From the NCBI RefSeq assembly GCF_964355755.1, contig NC_092678.1:14720371-14784370 (forward strand): a DNA stretch of 64,000 bases. Reading direction: 5' to 3'. The stretch is from Antedon mediterranea. Lineage: Eukaryota; Animalia; Echinodermata. Position 1 is the stretch's first letter. Each line of letters begins with the position of its first letter. The notes under the pieces are model-generated. The model ran no database searches. It was not told where the DNA came from and was given only the letters and a program-made list of their open reading frames with translations. A program made the position numbers and the translations under genes. Below are positions 1 through 13,900 of this stretch, piece by piece.

Positions 1-523
1 GCACCATTGATCAATACCAAACGCTTATCGGTATTATAGTTTTTAATGAATCAATACATTAATAAAAATACCCAATTAAATCAATCGCGTCAGTCCAATT
101 CCGACTTATGTTTCGATCACATAGTTCTGTGTCTACACTGTCCCCCTGTGATGCATTTGTTTTTATTGTACCTTTTTAATAAAATTATTATATGTTTAGG
201 CCTAATCACCCCAATTTAATGAAACGGTCAGATTCCGATTTCAATTGAACGAAAGTAGTACTGTATTTATTATTCATTGATAAGCCAAGGGTCCCATGGC
301 GTTAGCCGATTTCTTGAGCATTTGACTCATGTGTCAACCTGTAACACAAATCATTCTTCAACATTTAAAGAAAGAACCTCACACGTCTTTTTTTTGTGAG
401 TGATACTCTATGGATATGCCCACGGAAATAATATGTGGACATTGCAAACAATCATAGGCCTACAGTAACAAACATAATATGGCTAATAAGCATAACATTC
501 AGACTTGTTTGTTTTCTAGTGGA

Positions 524-1107
524 TTTTTATTTACTTTATCATGTAGAATAAAACTAGTAACAGTGGCTATATTAATAATTATTATACTGATTATCCTTGA
601 TGTTATCGCGTCTAATAATAAAATATTTTGTTGTTGATAAGCCCAATTTTTCAGCCTTGATTTTACATTTTCAACGAAAGTATTTATTTTTTGATAAGCC
701 CAATTTTGAAGTCTTAATAATGACCCTTCAACAGTGCATTTTACATGATATTGACCGAGGGTTTTTACGCCTCTATAGCCACTGATCAATACCACAATTA
801 ATGTACTTTTTTAAATGAATATTGAAATGTTTCAACATACCCAATTAAAAAAAAACGGTCCGTTTTCGAGTTCAATCTTTTGATTAGAGAGGTTGGAGTT
901 TCATTTTGAACGAAAGTATTTATTTGATTGATAAGCCAAATTTCTAGTCCTAGTGATTTGAGATTCAACGGGTTTTGCTTTCAATTGTATAATAATATAA
1001 TTATATATATATAAACAGATATAGATAACATCAAGGATAATCAGTATAATAATTATTAATATAGCCACTGTTACTTGTTTTATTCTACATGATAAAGTAA
1101 ATAAAAA
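524..1107. repeat. About 84-bp inverted repeat (524-607 / 1024-1107), MITE or fold-back-like, followed by (TA)n
   Basis: TTTATTTACTTTATCATGTAGAATAAAAC...TCCTTGATGTTATC recurs as its reverse complement; internal AACGAAAGTATTTATT..GATAAGCC subrepeats. Confidence 0.7.
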
Positions 1108-1159
<52 letters not shown>

Positions 1160-1483
1160 GTATAATTATGAATTCACCAACACTTTCAGGCCCAATAACA
1201 ATGATCCCGGGCCCGAGTTTTTGTAGACCAGACTTCCATGCAGAGCCACATGTTAAGGAATAATTATGAATCTCTTTATGATTTTAATATGGTTCGAAAT
1301 ATAAATGATATTACACAACAACGATTAGACAGCAACTGTGAAAGAGTCCAACTAATAAAATCGGAATGATCAATTAATTGAACATTTACAGCATAAGGCC
1401 CATACACTAGGACGATAACGATCGACGATAAATAGACAAATGTGCATTTTTAATACATAAACCAAAAGAAATATAAACAATTC

Positions 1484-1635
1484 CTTTGATGAAAATTATA
1501 TTTTCACACGTCCAATGAAATGACGTCATGATTAGTAAGACCAATAATAATATCGTGACAATACAGTGATTTTATTGTTTTTATTTATCATGACGTCATT
1601 TGATTGGAAATTGAAAAACATTATTTTTATCAAAG
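1484..1635. repeat. Short imperfect palindrome (possible MITE)
   Basis: CTTTGAT..TCCAATGAAATGACGTCATGAT is mirrored by ATCATGACGTCATTTGATTGGA..ATCAAAG. Confidence 0.5.
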
Positions 1636-1904
1636 ACAACATAAATGATTATCCTATAGGTCTAGAACGAAAACCTTTCTAATTTCTTTTGGTTATTAAT
1701 GTACTTAATTAACAGTATTGTATGGTTGGATGATCTGTTAAACACTACCAATATGGGTAAATGAAAAAAGTCAAATATAACATTTATTAAATGTTCACAA
1801 TCTCATTATGAGTAATAGTCGCACATGTTATAAGTATATTATTATTGGTAATTATATTATCTTCACAGAAACAAATCAAATGAAGACCCAATATTGTCAA
1901 TAAG

Positions 1905-1912
1905 ATGTCGAG
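1905..1912 (+). CDS. Probable start micro-exon, coding part (M-S-R split codon); exon 1869-1912
   Basis: cttcacag acceptor at 1868; aagATGTCGAG|gtgagt strong phase-2 donor that matches the next exon; in-frame upstream TGA. Confidence 0.65.
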
Positions 1913-4900
1913 GTGAGTTGTAAAGTTGAAGAACAACATTATACGAATATTAAATACATTTTCTAACAAGGCTATAAACAAAGGTATCATTATTTGGTTA
2001 ATGTATTGATGTAATTCATGTTATATGTTACAGATTACAAGCTGCTTTAAGGATTAATGACTTGCAACAAATTAAAGAAATATGTAAAAGAGAGCCAGAT
2101 ATTTTAAAATCCAAAGATAAGGTAAAACAAAAGATAGGCTTTCCATATTACTGATAAGAAATTATTTTCATTCAATTAGTTCCAAGAAGACCATACATTA
2201 AGTAAATTGTAAAACTGTAATCATTATGCCTATAATTCACATTCATTTAGACTAGACAAAAAGTAGTGAGCCCTCTAGCGGTGATTTGTGATTTCTGAGA
2301 TTCATCGAAGCGCGACAACATCACCCGGAAATGATGTGAATTAAAAATGTTAATAGGGTTAAACTCTTTTAACCAATTGAAAGCCTTAAATTATAGTTCC
2401 TTATGAATAATTCATGAAAATAATTAAAGCAAGGGTTAAAGAAGCATGTGACTTGGTTTTTGGAACAGGATAGCAGTTATGATCGTGTCAGGTAATCATT
2501 GAATTTGCTCTTCTTTTTGTTAGATTTTATACGGTTTTCATCAATAATAACATTGTACATTTTTACGAGACCATAAAAAAATTCCTCAATTTTTGAGTAA
2601 ACGAGTGACTAAATAAAAAGTTACTATGTAATGTAAATATTCGTTTGACAAAAAATGGGCATGTTGATATTTTCAGGTATTTTTTAAATGGCGATTGAAA
2701 TAGGTAAACAAATCACATGTATAACGGTGGTTTGTGCGAAGCTGGGCCTAGCCTTGATGGTCCAACGCGTACTGCGTGTTAATCAATGCGTATAGATACA
2801 CACGTAGTCGTTTAGGCCAATTTTTTACATGTTTATTTATTAATATTAGGCCCCATTCTCATTTATTTTAATTAATGTACTGAATGTACCACACTTTACA
2901 ACTCTATTTAAATTAGATTTTGTACTTGTATTAAATTCAAACGTTTTATGGGATTTAAAACATTAAGCTAGGCCTTGTAGTAGGCCTAGGACCACAGGCT
3001 AGGTTCTTCAGCCTAATTTATCATGCAGTATACCTCTAGCCCATCTTTCAAATACATATTTATATTAACATACTTTTTATATTTCTATATTTTTTATAGG
3101 ATCTGACTCCAGAAAACATTTGCATCACTTGAAAGCGGCTATTTATGGACAGCATGTTGACATTCAACAAAATTTGACCAGCTCTTATTAATTAAATGTC
3201 TTTTAAATTAAAGGTTTTCATTATAATGAAATGTACGGTGACAGAAATTTAAATGATTCTCATAATTGAGGTTTCTCATAGATTTAATATTGAAGGTAAA
3301 TAAATAAAGCTGTTTGTTATTCTTGCCTTTAGAAATAAACATGTTGTTAGTACTATATTATTATTAGGCCTAGGCAGCAGTACCTTACTTGATTTTATTT
3401 TTTTCAAATATTTAATTGATGAAATAAATGAGTTTGACTTCAATTAGTTGCCATTTTATTAGTTCCTGTGTGTTTTTATTTATATTCTTAAAATAATTGT
3501 ATACAACAACTTTAAAGTATTGCGAAGAAGTGATCAAATTATAGTAGGCCTATTTGTATGTTATTGTCGCTTAAAATTATGCAGTTAAAGTATTTGATTT
3601 TAGGGTGACAGAAACGGTTAGGCAAGAAAAGATATAAATTTGGGAATTTTGTTATGCGGTAAAAACAATTAAACATAATTTACCCCATATGCATGTAAAT
3701 GTAGAAAACATTGCTTATGTTAGCGCGACCGAAACTCGCTACTGGGAATAGAGCCTGCAAAAGCGACGCGTACACACCTACTCGGGCACCGGCGGAGCGC
3801 GATCGATAGTAAATATACCCGATTTCAAATGATCATAAAATTCTTTTAAAAAATATCAACATTTTGATTTTTTGAGGATTAAAAGTAAAGATATTGAAAT
3901 TTAACATAATATTTACAAATATGTATTTAAAAATTCGGAAACAATTTTAGCGTGATATTAAAACAAACTTTTTAGAGTTCCGCGATTTCCTACGCAGGAT
4001 TTGTTTGTTTTCATTGTTAATGAGCGAATGTTATCTAAACTGGAATCATTATAAATCTTTTAAATTTGTATTATAAGTAATTTCTTTAGTATTCTTAGTA
4101 ACATCGAATGTCTCTAATTAACTAACAGTTATTTATACTAACTATTGTTCAATAATAAGCGTGTATGAAGTCAAAATCTATATTAATAATGTTCTTAGTC
4201 AGTTCGTCTCGCTCGCGTGAAGTCTTCGGGTTTCTCAATACAATTCTCAGCGGTAAGATAGGCTCGCGCTAATGTTTAAATCAAAAGCACTCTCAAAACA
4301 CTTTTTTTCCAAAATTCGCAATATGACGTGAGTGTGAATTATTCAAATGTAATTAAATGATGATTTCCACTAATTAATTATTTGAATGAATGATTACTGT
4401 ATATTACGGGCTCGCTCGTTAAGCGTGGTTTCCACTAGCGACGCAACACAAGAACGTAACGCAACGCAAGTGAATTGACCAATCACAAGCGATTGCTTAT
4501 TCGCTTGTGATTGCTAACTGTCTATAACTTTGCTTGTCATTGGTTAAAACGCTTGCGTTGCGTTTGCGTCCTTGCGTTACGTTCTAGTGGGAACCAAGCT
4601 TTAGGCTGAAACCAACAATAAGAATATAACAAAACACGTTGTAGCTCCATCTTTCTCTCTCTAGAGGGCTCACTTCCGTGTGACAAATCCATCACACACC
4701 GCCACTTAAAGAAAGTTTGATATGATTAAACGTATAACTGTTTACTACAACATCTTAAATCTTTTCTTATATAGTAGTTATTTCAACATGTCATTGATAT
4801 GAATTTACTTCAACTGCTTCTTTAAATTCCACAAGTTCTAATGACTTTAAATCCGTGTATGCCATTAATGCATCACTCTATCACAACTAACATATTATAA

Positions 4901-7900
4901 TTAACTAAAAACTTAAAAAATTAACAAAACTTTTAAAATCATTTCATGCATGTTTTATCTAAACTCTTGACAAAGCGTCAGCTAAAAAATTGTCTTTTCC
5001 TCTGATATGATGAATTTCCAGATTCATTTCTTGAACTGCTAAACTCCATCTCAACAAGCGTTGATTCTCGTCTTTCATTCTTGCAAAGAACGTTAATGGG
5101 TTGTGGTCAGTCCAAACTACAATTGGAAACGGAGTAGATCCAAGATACACTTCAAAGTGCTTTAACGCTGACATCAAAGGTAATGTCTCCTTCTCAACAG
5201 TAAAATAACGTTTCTCATACTTGTTGAATTTTCTTGAGTAGAAACACACAGTCTTGTCAACACTATTCTCGTCTGTTTGCAACAAAACAGCACCAGAACC
5301 AACATCACTGGCATCAATCATCAACGAGAACTGTTTATCAAATTGTGGAGCCATCAACACCGGTTCGTTTGATAACATCGCTTTAACTTTAATGAACGCA
5401 TTATTGCATTCCTCCAACCACACAAAACTCGCATTCTTTTTCAGCAGATTCGTTAATGGAGCTACAAGCGTTGAGAAACTTCTGCAAAAACGTCGATAAA
5501 ACCCAGCCCTTCTCAGGAAACGCATTAACTCCTGCTTACTCTTTGGAACTGGGAAATCACAGACTACCTTAATCTTAGCACTTAATGGTTTCACTTTTCT
5601 GCACATGAAAACTTGCTTTTCATCAAATTTACTGTCAACTTTGCAGCTGTCAACCTGTCAAACAATGCCTTAATTCTCTGCACATGGACATCCCATGTAT
5701 CTATAAACAACCAAATTGTCTATATAAGCTTCACAGCCCTCCAACCCTGAAATTATACCATTAACCGATCTCTGGAACGTGGCTGGTGCGTTTTTTAAAC
5801 CGAAAGGCATGACCTTATACTGATAAAGACCCATGGGAGTTACAAAAGCTGACACTTCGTTCGCACGCTCTGTTAAAGGAATTTGTCAGTAACCCTTTAG
5901 AAGATCAAATTTACTGACAAACTTAGCACTACCCACACGATCAATACAGTCGTCTATACTCGGTGTGGGATATGAATCTGTAGTAGATTTAGCATTAACC
6001 TTCCGATAATCATTCATTCATTCAGGCTTATCGCCTGACTTTATTTACTTTAGGCTTCTGGCCCCTAGTAATTAACAAAATAATAATTACATTGAAAAAT
6101 AAAGCAATTTATGGTCACAAGATAAATGAATTAATTAATTTCGTTCTCTAAGAAAAACATATATCTTAACTTATAAGCATGATAAATATATTTAGATAGA
6201 TTATCAATAATTATTGGATCCTGTGATGACATTAAACGGTAGAATTTAAAAGTATTTGGATTTTCAAAAAATAAAGAAGGTATAAATTTTTTTCTGATTT
6301 CCTTGTAACGAGAGCAAACTGTAACAAAATGATATTCATTTTCAACTTCATTTATATTACAAATTTTACATAACCTATTGCTGCGCTCTATTCTTTTCCA
6401 TCTTCCCTTTTCTGCCTCTAGTTGAAGTGTGCCCAGTCTTAGTTGACTTAAAGCTCGCTTATATCTAGTATCAATGGTCTGTAGTAAGTATCCATCTACT
6501 CCGAAATTGTTTTTGAACATTTTATAATATCTTTTTTTTTTTAAGAAATATTTATGCTTTCAAGAAAAGATTGTCGATCCATATCGGTTAGCCTTTCTTT
6601 TATTTTATTAATTATATAAAATTTATCAAGGACATTATTTTGTGAAAACCATATGTTTCCATGACCAATAGAGCATAACATATGTTTTTCATCGCTTACC
6701 CAACAATTACTATTATTATTTGCGCTTTATGAAGTTGAGATTTATAACATTTCTTTGCATATTTGTCCTCGTTCATATTTACTAGTCTTACCCAATAACG
6801 GATAACACTTTCGATTGATAAAGAGAATCGTCCACCTTCTCCTCTAATTGAAACATTTGTGGCTGATTTCCCGACCCCTAAAACATATCTACAGAAATTA
6901 TTTTGAATATCATCAATTTTGTTGTTGTTTAGTTTTCCCCATATTTCACTACCATACAGTTTAATTGGGTTTATTTTAACATCAAATAAGTAGTTCCAAA
7001 TATTCACTGGAAGATGTCCATAATTATTTCTGATATATTATATTTTTGAGTGAGAAAAGTACTTGTTTTTCCTGTGTATTATTTTGTTCTCTGGCCTTTT
7101 CCCAATTTCCTGAACAATCGAAAGTGACTCCAAGGTATTTAAGAGATTTTACTATTTCAATTTCTTTACCAAGATAATTCCACTTTTCGTAGTTCTTAAG
7201 TTTTCCATTTTTTTTAAATACTATTATTTTACTTTTGTCAATGTTAACTACCAATCCCCACCTATTACAATAATACGCTTAGTCCATGGGCTGGAGGGGG
7301 GTTACCGTGCACTCCCCCCCCCCACAGTTAAACTTCTTTGGTATCATTTTCTTCCCACGGACATATAGAGTGAAAAAATCGATGTTAACAGAAAAATATA
7401 GGGATGCATTGTATGTACTTGCGTCATTTGTAATGATCATCAGTGTTTTATCTTCAAATAATTTTTGGGGTAGGGGGTAACATTTATCCTAATAACCCAA
7501 GAATCAAACATCTAATTAGTATTATCTTAGTAACATTGTGTAGCATACATAAAATCTTTTAAAATTTAAATAAAATTAATCGGAAGATTATTAAGGTCAG
7601 TAGAGGTCAAAAGGTCATTGACTTTTTGCAAAATGCAAATTTTTGCCAAAATATAGATAAATTTCAACATAGTATCTATAATTTTCAATATGTTTTATCT
7701 TAATTTTGTTTTACTTAGTATGATCTTGGTGTCGTTGTGTAGCATTCATGTTTTTTAATCATATAAAATTTGAATACAATTAATCGAACCATGATTAAGG
7801 TCAGTTGAGGTCAAAAAGGTCACTGACCTTTTGCAAAATTGCAAATATTGGCTATAATGAGATACATTCCAATATCAAATCTCCAATTTTTTCAATACTT

Positions 7901-10900
7901 TTTATTTTAATTGTGTTTTACTTGTGTTTACTGACATATTGAATAACAAAATATGTGTTAACATGAAAAAAATTGCACTGCATTAATACCAATTGACATT
8001 AAATTTTGTTATTCTTCAAAATGGCTACACAACACAACGACACCAAGATCATATTAATAAGATGTTTGATTCTTGGGTTATTGCTATTAATGTTACACCC
8101 TACCCCAAAAAATGTATTTTTATTGCAATTTTAAGAATAAAAAATGATAATTTGTGTATAATAAACTGCAATTTTAATCTTGTTAACATATATTTTCTTA
8201 TTCAATAGGTCAGTAAGCACAAGTAAAACACAATTAAGATAAAACATATTGAAAATTATAGATACTATGTTGAAATTTATCTATATTTTTAAAAAAATGT
8301 GCATTTTTGTAAAAGGCCTTGACCTTTTTACCTCTACTGACCCTACTAATAGTCCGATGAATTTTATTTAAATTTTATATGATTAAAAAACATGAATGCT
8401 ACACAACGACACCAAGATCATACTAATTAGTTGTTTGACTCTTGGGTTATTGCTATTATTGTTACCCCCTACCCCAAAATATGTATTTTTATTGCAATTT
8501 TTAACAATAAAAAATAACAATTTGTATATTATGAACTGCAATTTTTATCTTGTTAACATATATTTTCTTATTCAATATGTCAGTAAGCACAAGTAAAACA
8601 CAATTAAGATAAAAAATATTGAAAATTGTAGATACGATATTGAAATTTATCTATATTTTGTGAAAAATTTGCATTTTGCAAAAACGTCAATGACCTTTTG
8701 ACCTCTACTGACCTTAATAATCTTCCGATTAATTGTATTTAAATTTTAAAAGATTTTAAAAGATGTATGCTACACAATGTTACTAAGATAATACTAATTA
8801 GATGTTGGATTCTTGGGTTATTAGGATAAATGTTAGCCCCTACCCCAAAAAATATTTGAAGATAAAACACTGATGATCATTACAAATGACGCAAGTACAT
8901 ACAATGCATCCCTATATTTTTCTGTTAACATCGATTTTTTCACTCTATATGTCCGTGGGAAGAAAATGATATCAAAGAAGTTTAACTGTGGGGGGGGGGG
9001 GGGTGCACGGTAACCCCCCTCCAGCCCATGGACTAGCTAGTTTATTTAAAAGATCTTGTAATGAGTACACTGTATCACTGATTAAAACTAAGATCATCTG
9101 CATACAGTAGGTGATTAATATTTATGTTATCAATTTTTATTTTGTTTCGATTTTTAGCAGTATGTAATAACTCAGTTATATCATTAATAAAAATATTAAA
9201 TAATAATGAAGATAAAGGTGACCCTTGTTGTATTCCTACTTCACATTTAAAGGATTCTCCAATTTTGTTGCCAACCTTTAAATGCCCTTTTAGTTTACTA
9301 TACATTGTTTTTATAACTTTGATTATTTTACCTTTTATACCAGATTTTCTTAGTTTACTTATAAGGAAATCGTGTCTAATAGAATCAAAAGCGCGTTTTA
9401 AATCTATAAACGCCATGTACACAGTTCCTCGTTTTTTTGAGAGATATTTGTTAACAATTGTGTCTAAAATAAATATGTTATCAATAGTACGACAATTGAG
9501 AATAAGTCGAGAAGCGATGCGAGTAAGACGTGTCGAATAATCGCTCCTGGAAATCAAACATTTCACGTGTCACACCAGCTGAATGCATTGTTACACATAG
9601 TCGCAACCTACGTTTACTATTGTTCATTTACCTCAAGGAATTTTGTTTACTCGATTCCAGTGTTTTATTTGCCCGCAACATGGGCGGTGGTAAGCCAAAA
9701 GGAGGACAGAGGGACGATTCGCCTGCAGCCAGGCCACGTCGTAACCAAAAAGAGGCTGAAGGAAAAGGCATCCCTTGCCTTAATGATCAGTTAGATAAGT
9801 CCAATTGCGACATAGACTCTAAGGAAATCACTGTCATTATCCAATCTGAATTGAAACTCTTATTTGATGGCAAATCGAACATATTGGATAAATTAGCGAA
9901 ACAAATAACATCAAATGATCAAGGACCAACTGGCTGAGCATATTATGCAAATTGTTAGTAAAGCCACTATGGATGCTCTTAGATTTGAACTTGACGAGTC
10001 GAATGATCGCATGAAGAAAATGCAACAGGAAATCGAGGACATTAGGGAATCACTGGATGAAAGTGAACAAAATTCCAGGAGGAACTGTTTGGTGATACAC
10101 GGACTGGAGGAGAAAGTAGGTGAGAATACCGATAATATTGTTACACAATTATTTAGTTCTAAGATGAACCTTACGGTGAATCATAATGACATTAATAGGA
10201 GTCACAGACTAGGCCCCAAGAAACCAAGTAACGGCAAGCCCCGGGGAGTTATTGTGAAGTTCGCTCAATACAATAAAAGAAATGTTTATAAAGCAAAAAG
10301 AAAACTGAAAGGTACCGATACCTTTAAACACGAGAACCTAACAATGAAAAGGATGAAATTGTTAAGAACCATCAAAACCCAGCATAATTCCGCCTTGACC
10401 GCAGTCTGGACCCAAGATGGACGCATACATGTACTAACTAAGAATAATAAGAAGATTGTCGTAACAAAATTTTCCGATCTCAACAAACTGTTGCATCCAC
10501 CTAATTTACCGTGTGGTATTACATTAAATGTGAAATTGTGAGATTTCTTGTTTTTGCCATGAAACCAGAATTTTAACTATTGTATACATTATAGACTGCA
10601 TTAACTGTTTGGTGTGTGTGCTTTATTGTGATTCTTTTTATTGTAAATTGTGTTTTTTTTTTTATTATTGTATTGCTAACCTGCCGGTTTTTAGTCATTT
10701 AGTTGAACCAGGGAAGAGTTAAATTACAAAATTAAATTTAACTCTTCCCTGGTTGAACGCCATTTTGCTTAACAGCTTTGGTGAATTGATTGTATTTTGT
10801 TCTTTTTTCCAATACTACTTTATGAGCACGACTCAATATGAAAATAAATCGAGTCCTACACATTCCATAGATTGCTTTGAAAGTGACGAGGCTGGTTTAT

Positions 10901-13900
10901 GCAAATATTTCACTCCAACACAACTAAATGAGCTACAAGCGCAAATTGATAACAATGGTATCTTTACAACGTTACACATGAATGCACGTAGTCTTCCAAA
11001 ACACTTCGACGAACTTAGCATTATGTTAGATACCATAGGTCGTGCATTTGATGTACTTGGTTTCTCGGAAACCTGGATAAATAAGAACACGCCAATTGAC
11101 TTATTAAATATCAATGGTAACAATATGTACAAGGAGAAGGTAGAGTCGGTGGTGGAGTTTGTCTATATTTAAAAGAACAAATCAACACCGTAACACGTGA
11201 TGATTTTGTATTTAATGATAACTCCGTTGATTCACTTTTTCTAGAAATAATAAACACAAACGGCAAAACTACTATTGTAGGTATGTTGTATCGACCACCA
11301 AATTCAAACGTCAACTCATTTAACTCTGATCTGGAAGAAATCTTACATAAACTTAATCGCGAAAACAAAAACTGCTATATCTTAGGAGATTTTAATCAAG
11401 ACTTATTAAAATATGACATTCAAAAAACAACACAGGGATTCACAAACATTATTTACTCCACATCTTTTAATCCATTAATCAACTTACCCACCAGAATAAC
11501 ATCGTCTTCTGCTACAATTTTAGATAATATTATTACAAATGATGATAACATTTCGCATTGTGGAGTAATAGTCACTGACATTACCGATCATCTACCCATT
11601 TTCATGACAACACACTTGTCATTAAATACTAACACACAAGCTCCAATTACAAAACAAAAAATAATTAATGATACAACATTAAATAACTTGCTTATTGCTA
11701 TTTCTAATTAGGATTGGGGTGAACTATATTTATGCACAGATACCAATACATCATATAACCTATTTATTAAAAAGCTATCCAATCTCATAGATAATAACAT
11801 ACCTACAAAAAGTAATAAGCCAAATGGTAATACAAAGAAAAAACCATGGATCACAACTATTTTGATTTCAATAAAAAAGAAAAATAAACTTTATAAAAAA
11901 TACCTTAAAAACCAACACAATTATTAAAAAATATATATAAAAAGTACAAAAATAAATTAACTCATTTAATTAGAATTCGGAAAAAACAATATTATTCCAA
12001 AAAACTGGATGCAGCTCGACACGATTCAAAGCAAACATGGAAAGTTTTAAATGAAGTTCTAAATAGAAAAAAATGTGTTAAGCCAAATGAGGTAATTAAC
12101 CATAGTAATAACACTTTGGTATGTGATCCAAAAGGTATGTCTGACGCTTTTAATGACTTCTTTTCCAACATTGGAAATGAATTAGCAAACAAAATACCAA
12201 ATGTAAACAATTCTGACTTTAAACAATATATGAAAGAGAGTCAATCCCAATCCATATTTTTCAATCCTACGAATGAAGAAGAGGTCATTGAAATAGTTAG
12301 TCAAATCAAAAATTCAAATTTAGAAGGTGTTGATAACTTAAATAATCGCATTCTAAAACATATTATTTCTGCTGTGGCATCTCCTCTTGTACATATCCTT
12401 AACCTCTCTCTTGAGACAGGCATGGTCCCTGATAGTATTAAAGTAGCTAGATTAGTTCCAATTTTTAAATCTGGCAATAAAAGTGACGTCAGCAATTATA
12501 GGCCGATCTCTATTCTGCCTACCGCTTCAAAAATTCTTGAAAAAATTGTTCAAATTAGAGTAAATAATTATATCACAAAGTGTAACATCCTTAATAATGC
12601 ACAATATGGTTTCAGAAAAAAACAGTTCTACTTTTATGGCCGTTATAGATCTGGTTGAACGAATAACCGATGCGCTTGATAAGAAAAAAAAAACCCATCG
12701 GAATATTTATTGATTTGTCTAAAGCGTTTGATATCAACCATGATATACTTCTTAAAAAAATGGAACACTATGGCATAAGAGGCACAGCCCTTAAATGGTT
12801 TAGAAACTATATTAGTGGAAGGAAACGATTTAAGTCTATTGATAACACAAGTTCGTGTTTGATGGAAATAAATTGCGGTGTACCACAGGGTTCAATTCTG
12901 AGGCCTCTACTTTTTATTTTGTACATTAATGATGTATTTAATTGCTCAAACTCGTTATCTTTTGTTTTATTTGCTGACGACACAAACATATCTGCATCTC
13001 ACGAAAACTTGGATACGCTCATAGAACTTGTTAATGGTGAACTAAAAAATGTTTCGGATTGGTTCATGTGCAATAAACTATCGAGCAACGTTAAAAAAAC
13101 TAATCAGCGAAATCCAAGTAATTTAGGGAATGTAAATATTTATGTCAACAATAACAGAATAGATAGATTTAAATCGACTAAATTCCTTGGAGTGCCTATT
13201 GATGAATTTCTCACATATAAGAACCACATCAATGTTACAGCTATGAAATGAAATAACATATCTCGATATGTAGGCATACTATATAAAGTAAGACATTTTT
13301 TACCAAGCCTATGCTCTCTGGACAATATACAAATCACTCATTGAACCAGTATTAAATTATTGCAACATAATATGGTGTAGCACATTTCCAAGTTATCTAG
13401 ATAAGTTATTTAAACTCCAGAAAAGGGCATTACGAGCTATAACATGGTCAAAGTTTAATGATTCAATGACTCAATGTTTCTATAAAATTAAACTTCCTAA
13501 AATTGCTGATATCAATAAGTACCAAATTGGGCTTTTCATGTATAATGTAACTACTAATCAGGACGTGCGTTTTTCACCGCTCTTTATTAAAAATGGTTCT
13601 TACCATAATTATAATACAAGATCTAAAGACAAAATGAGACTCAGAAAACCTAATCGTACTTCTACTAGTTTTACTGTGTCATGTGTGGGACCCAAATTGT
13701 GGAATGACTTGAATTACGAACTGCAAAGTACCAAATCAATATATATATTTAAATCATTGTTTAAAGAACATTTATTATCATTTTACAAATAATTTTTAAA
13801 ATAATACTTGTTGCAGGATTTAGCTTTTTTATTATTTATGTTTTAGTTTTTTCGGCTAGTTAGGGACGCAGGGGGACACAACTAATCAAGCTCTTTTGAG

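Noticed and set aside
2266-2282. GTGAGCCCTCTAG as a TIR pairing with CTAGAGGGCTCAC at about 4661 or 19353
   Set aside because: The partner is internal to the LTR and there is no TSD; it resembles a CTCF-like word and cannot be supported from sequence alone
3100-3190. Possible additional exon after tttttatag
   Set aside because: No ankyrin similarity, in-frame stops, and no compatible donor
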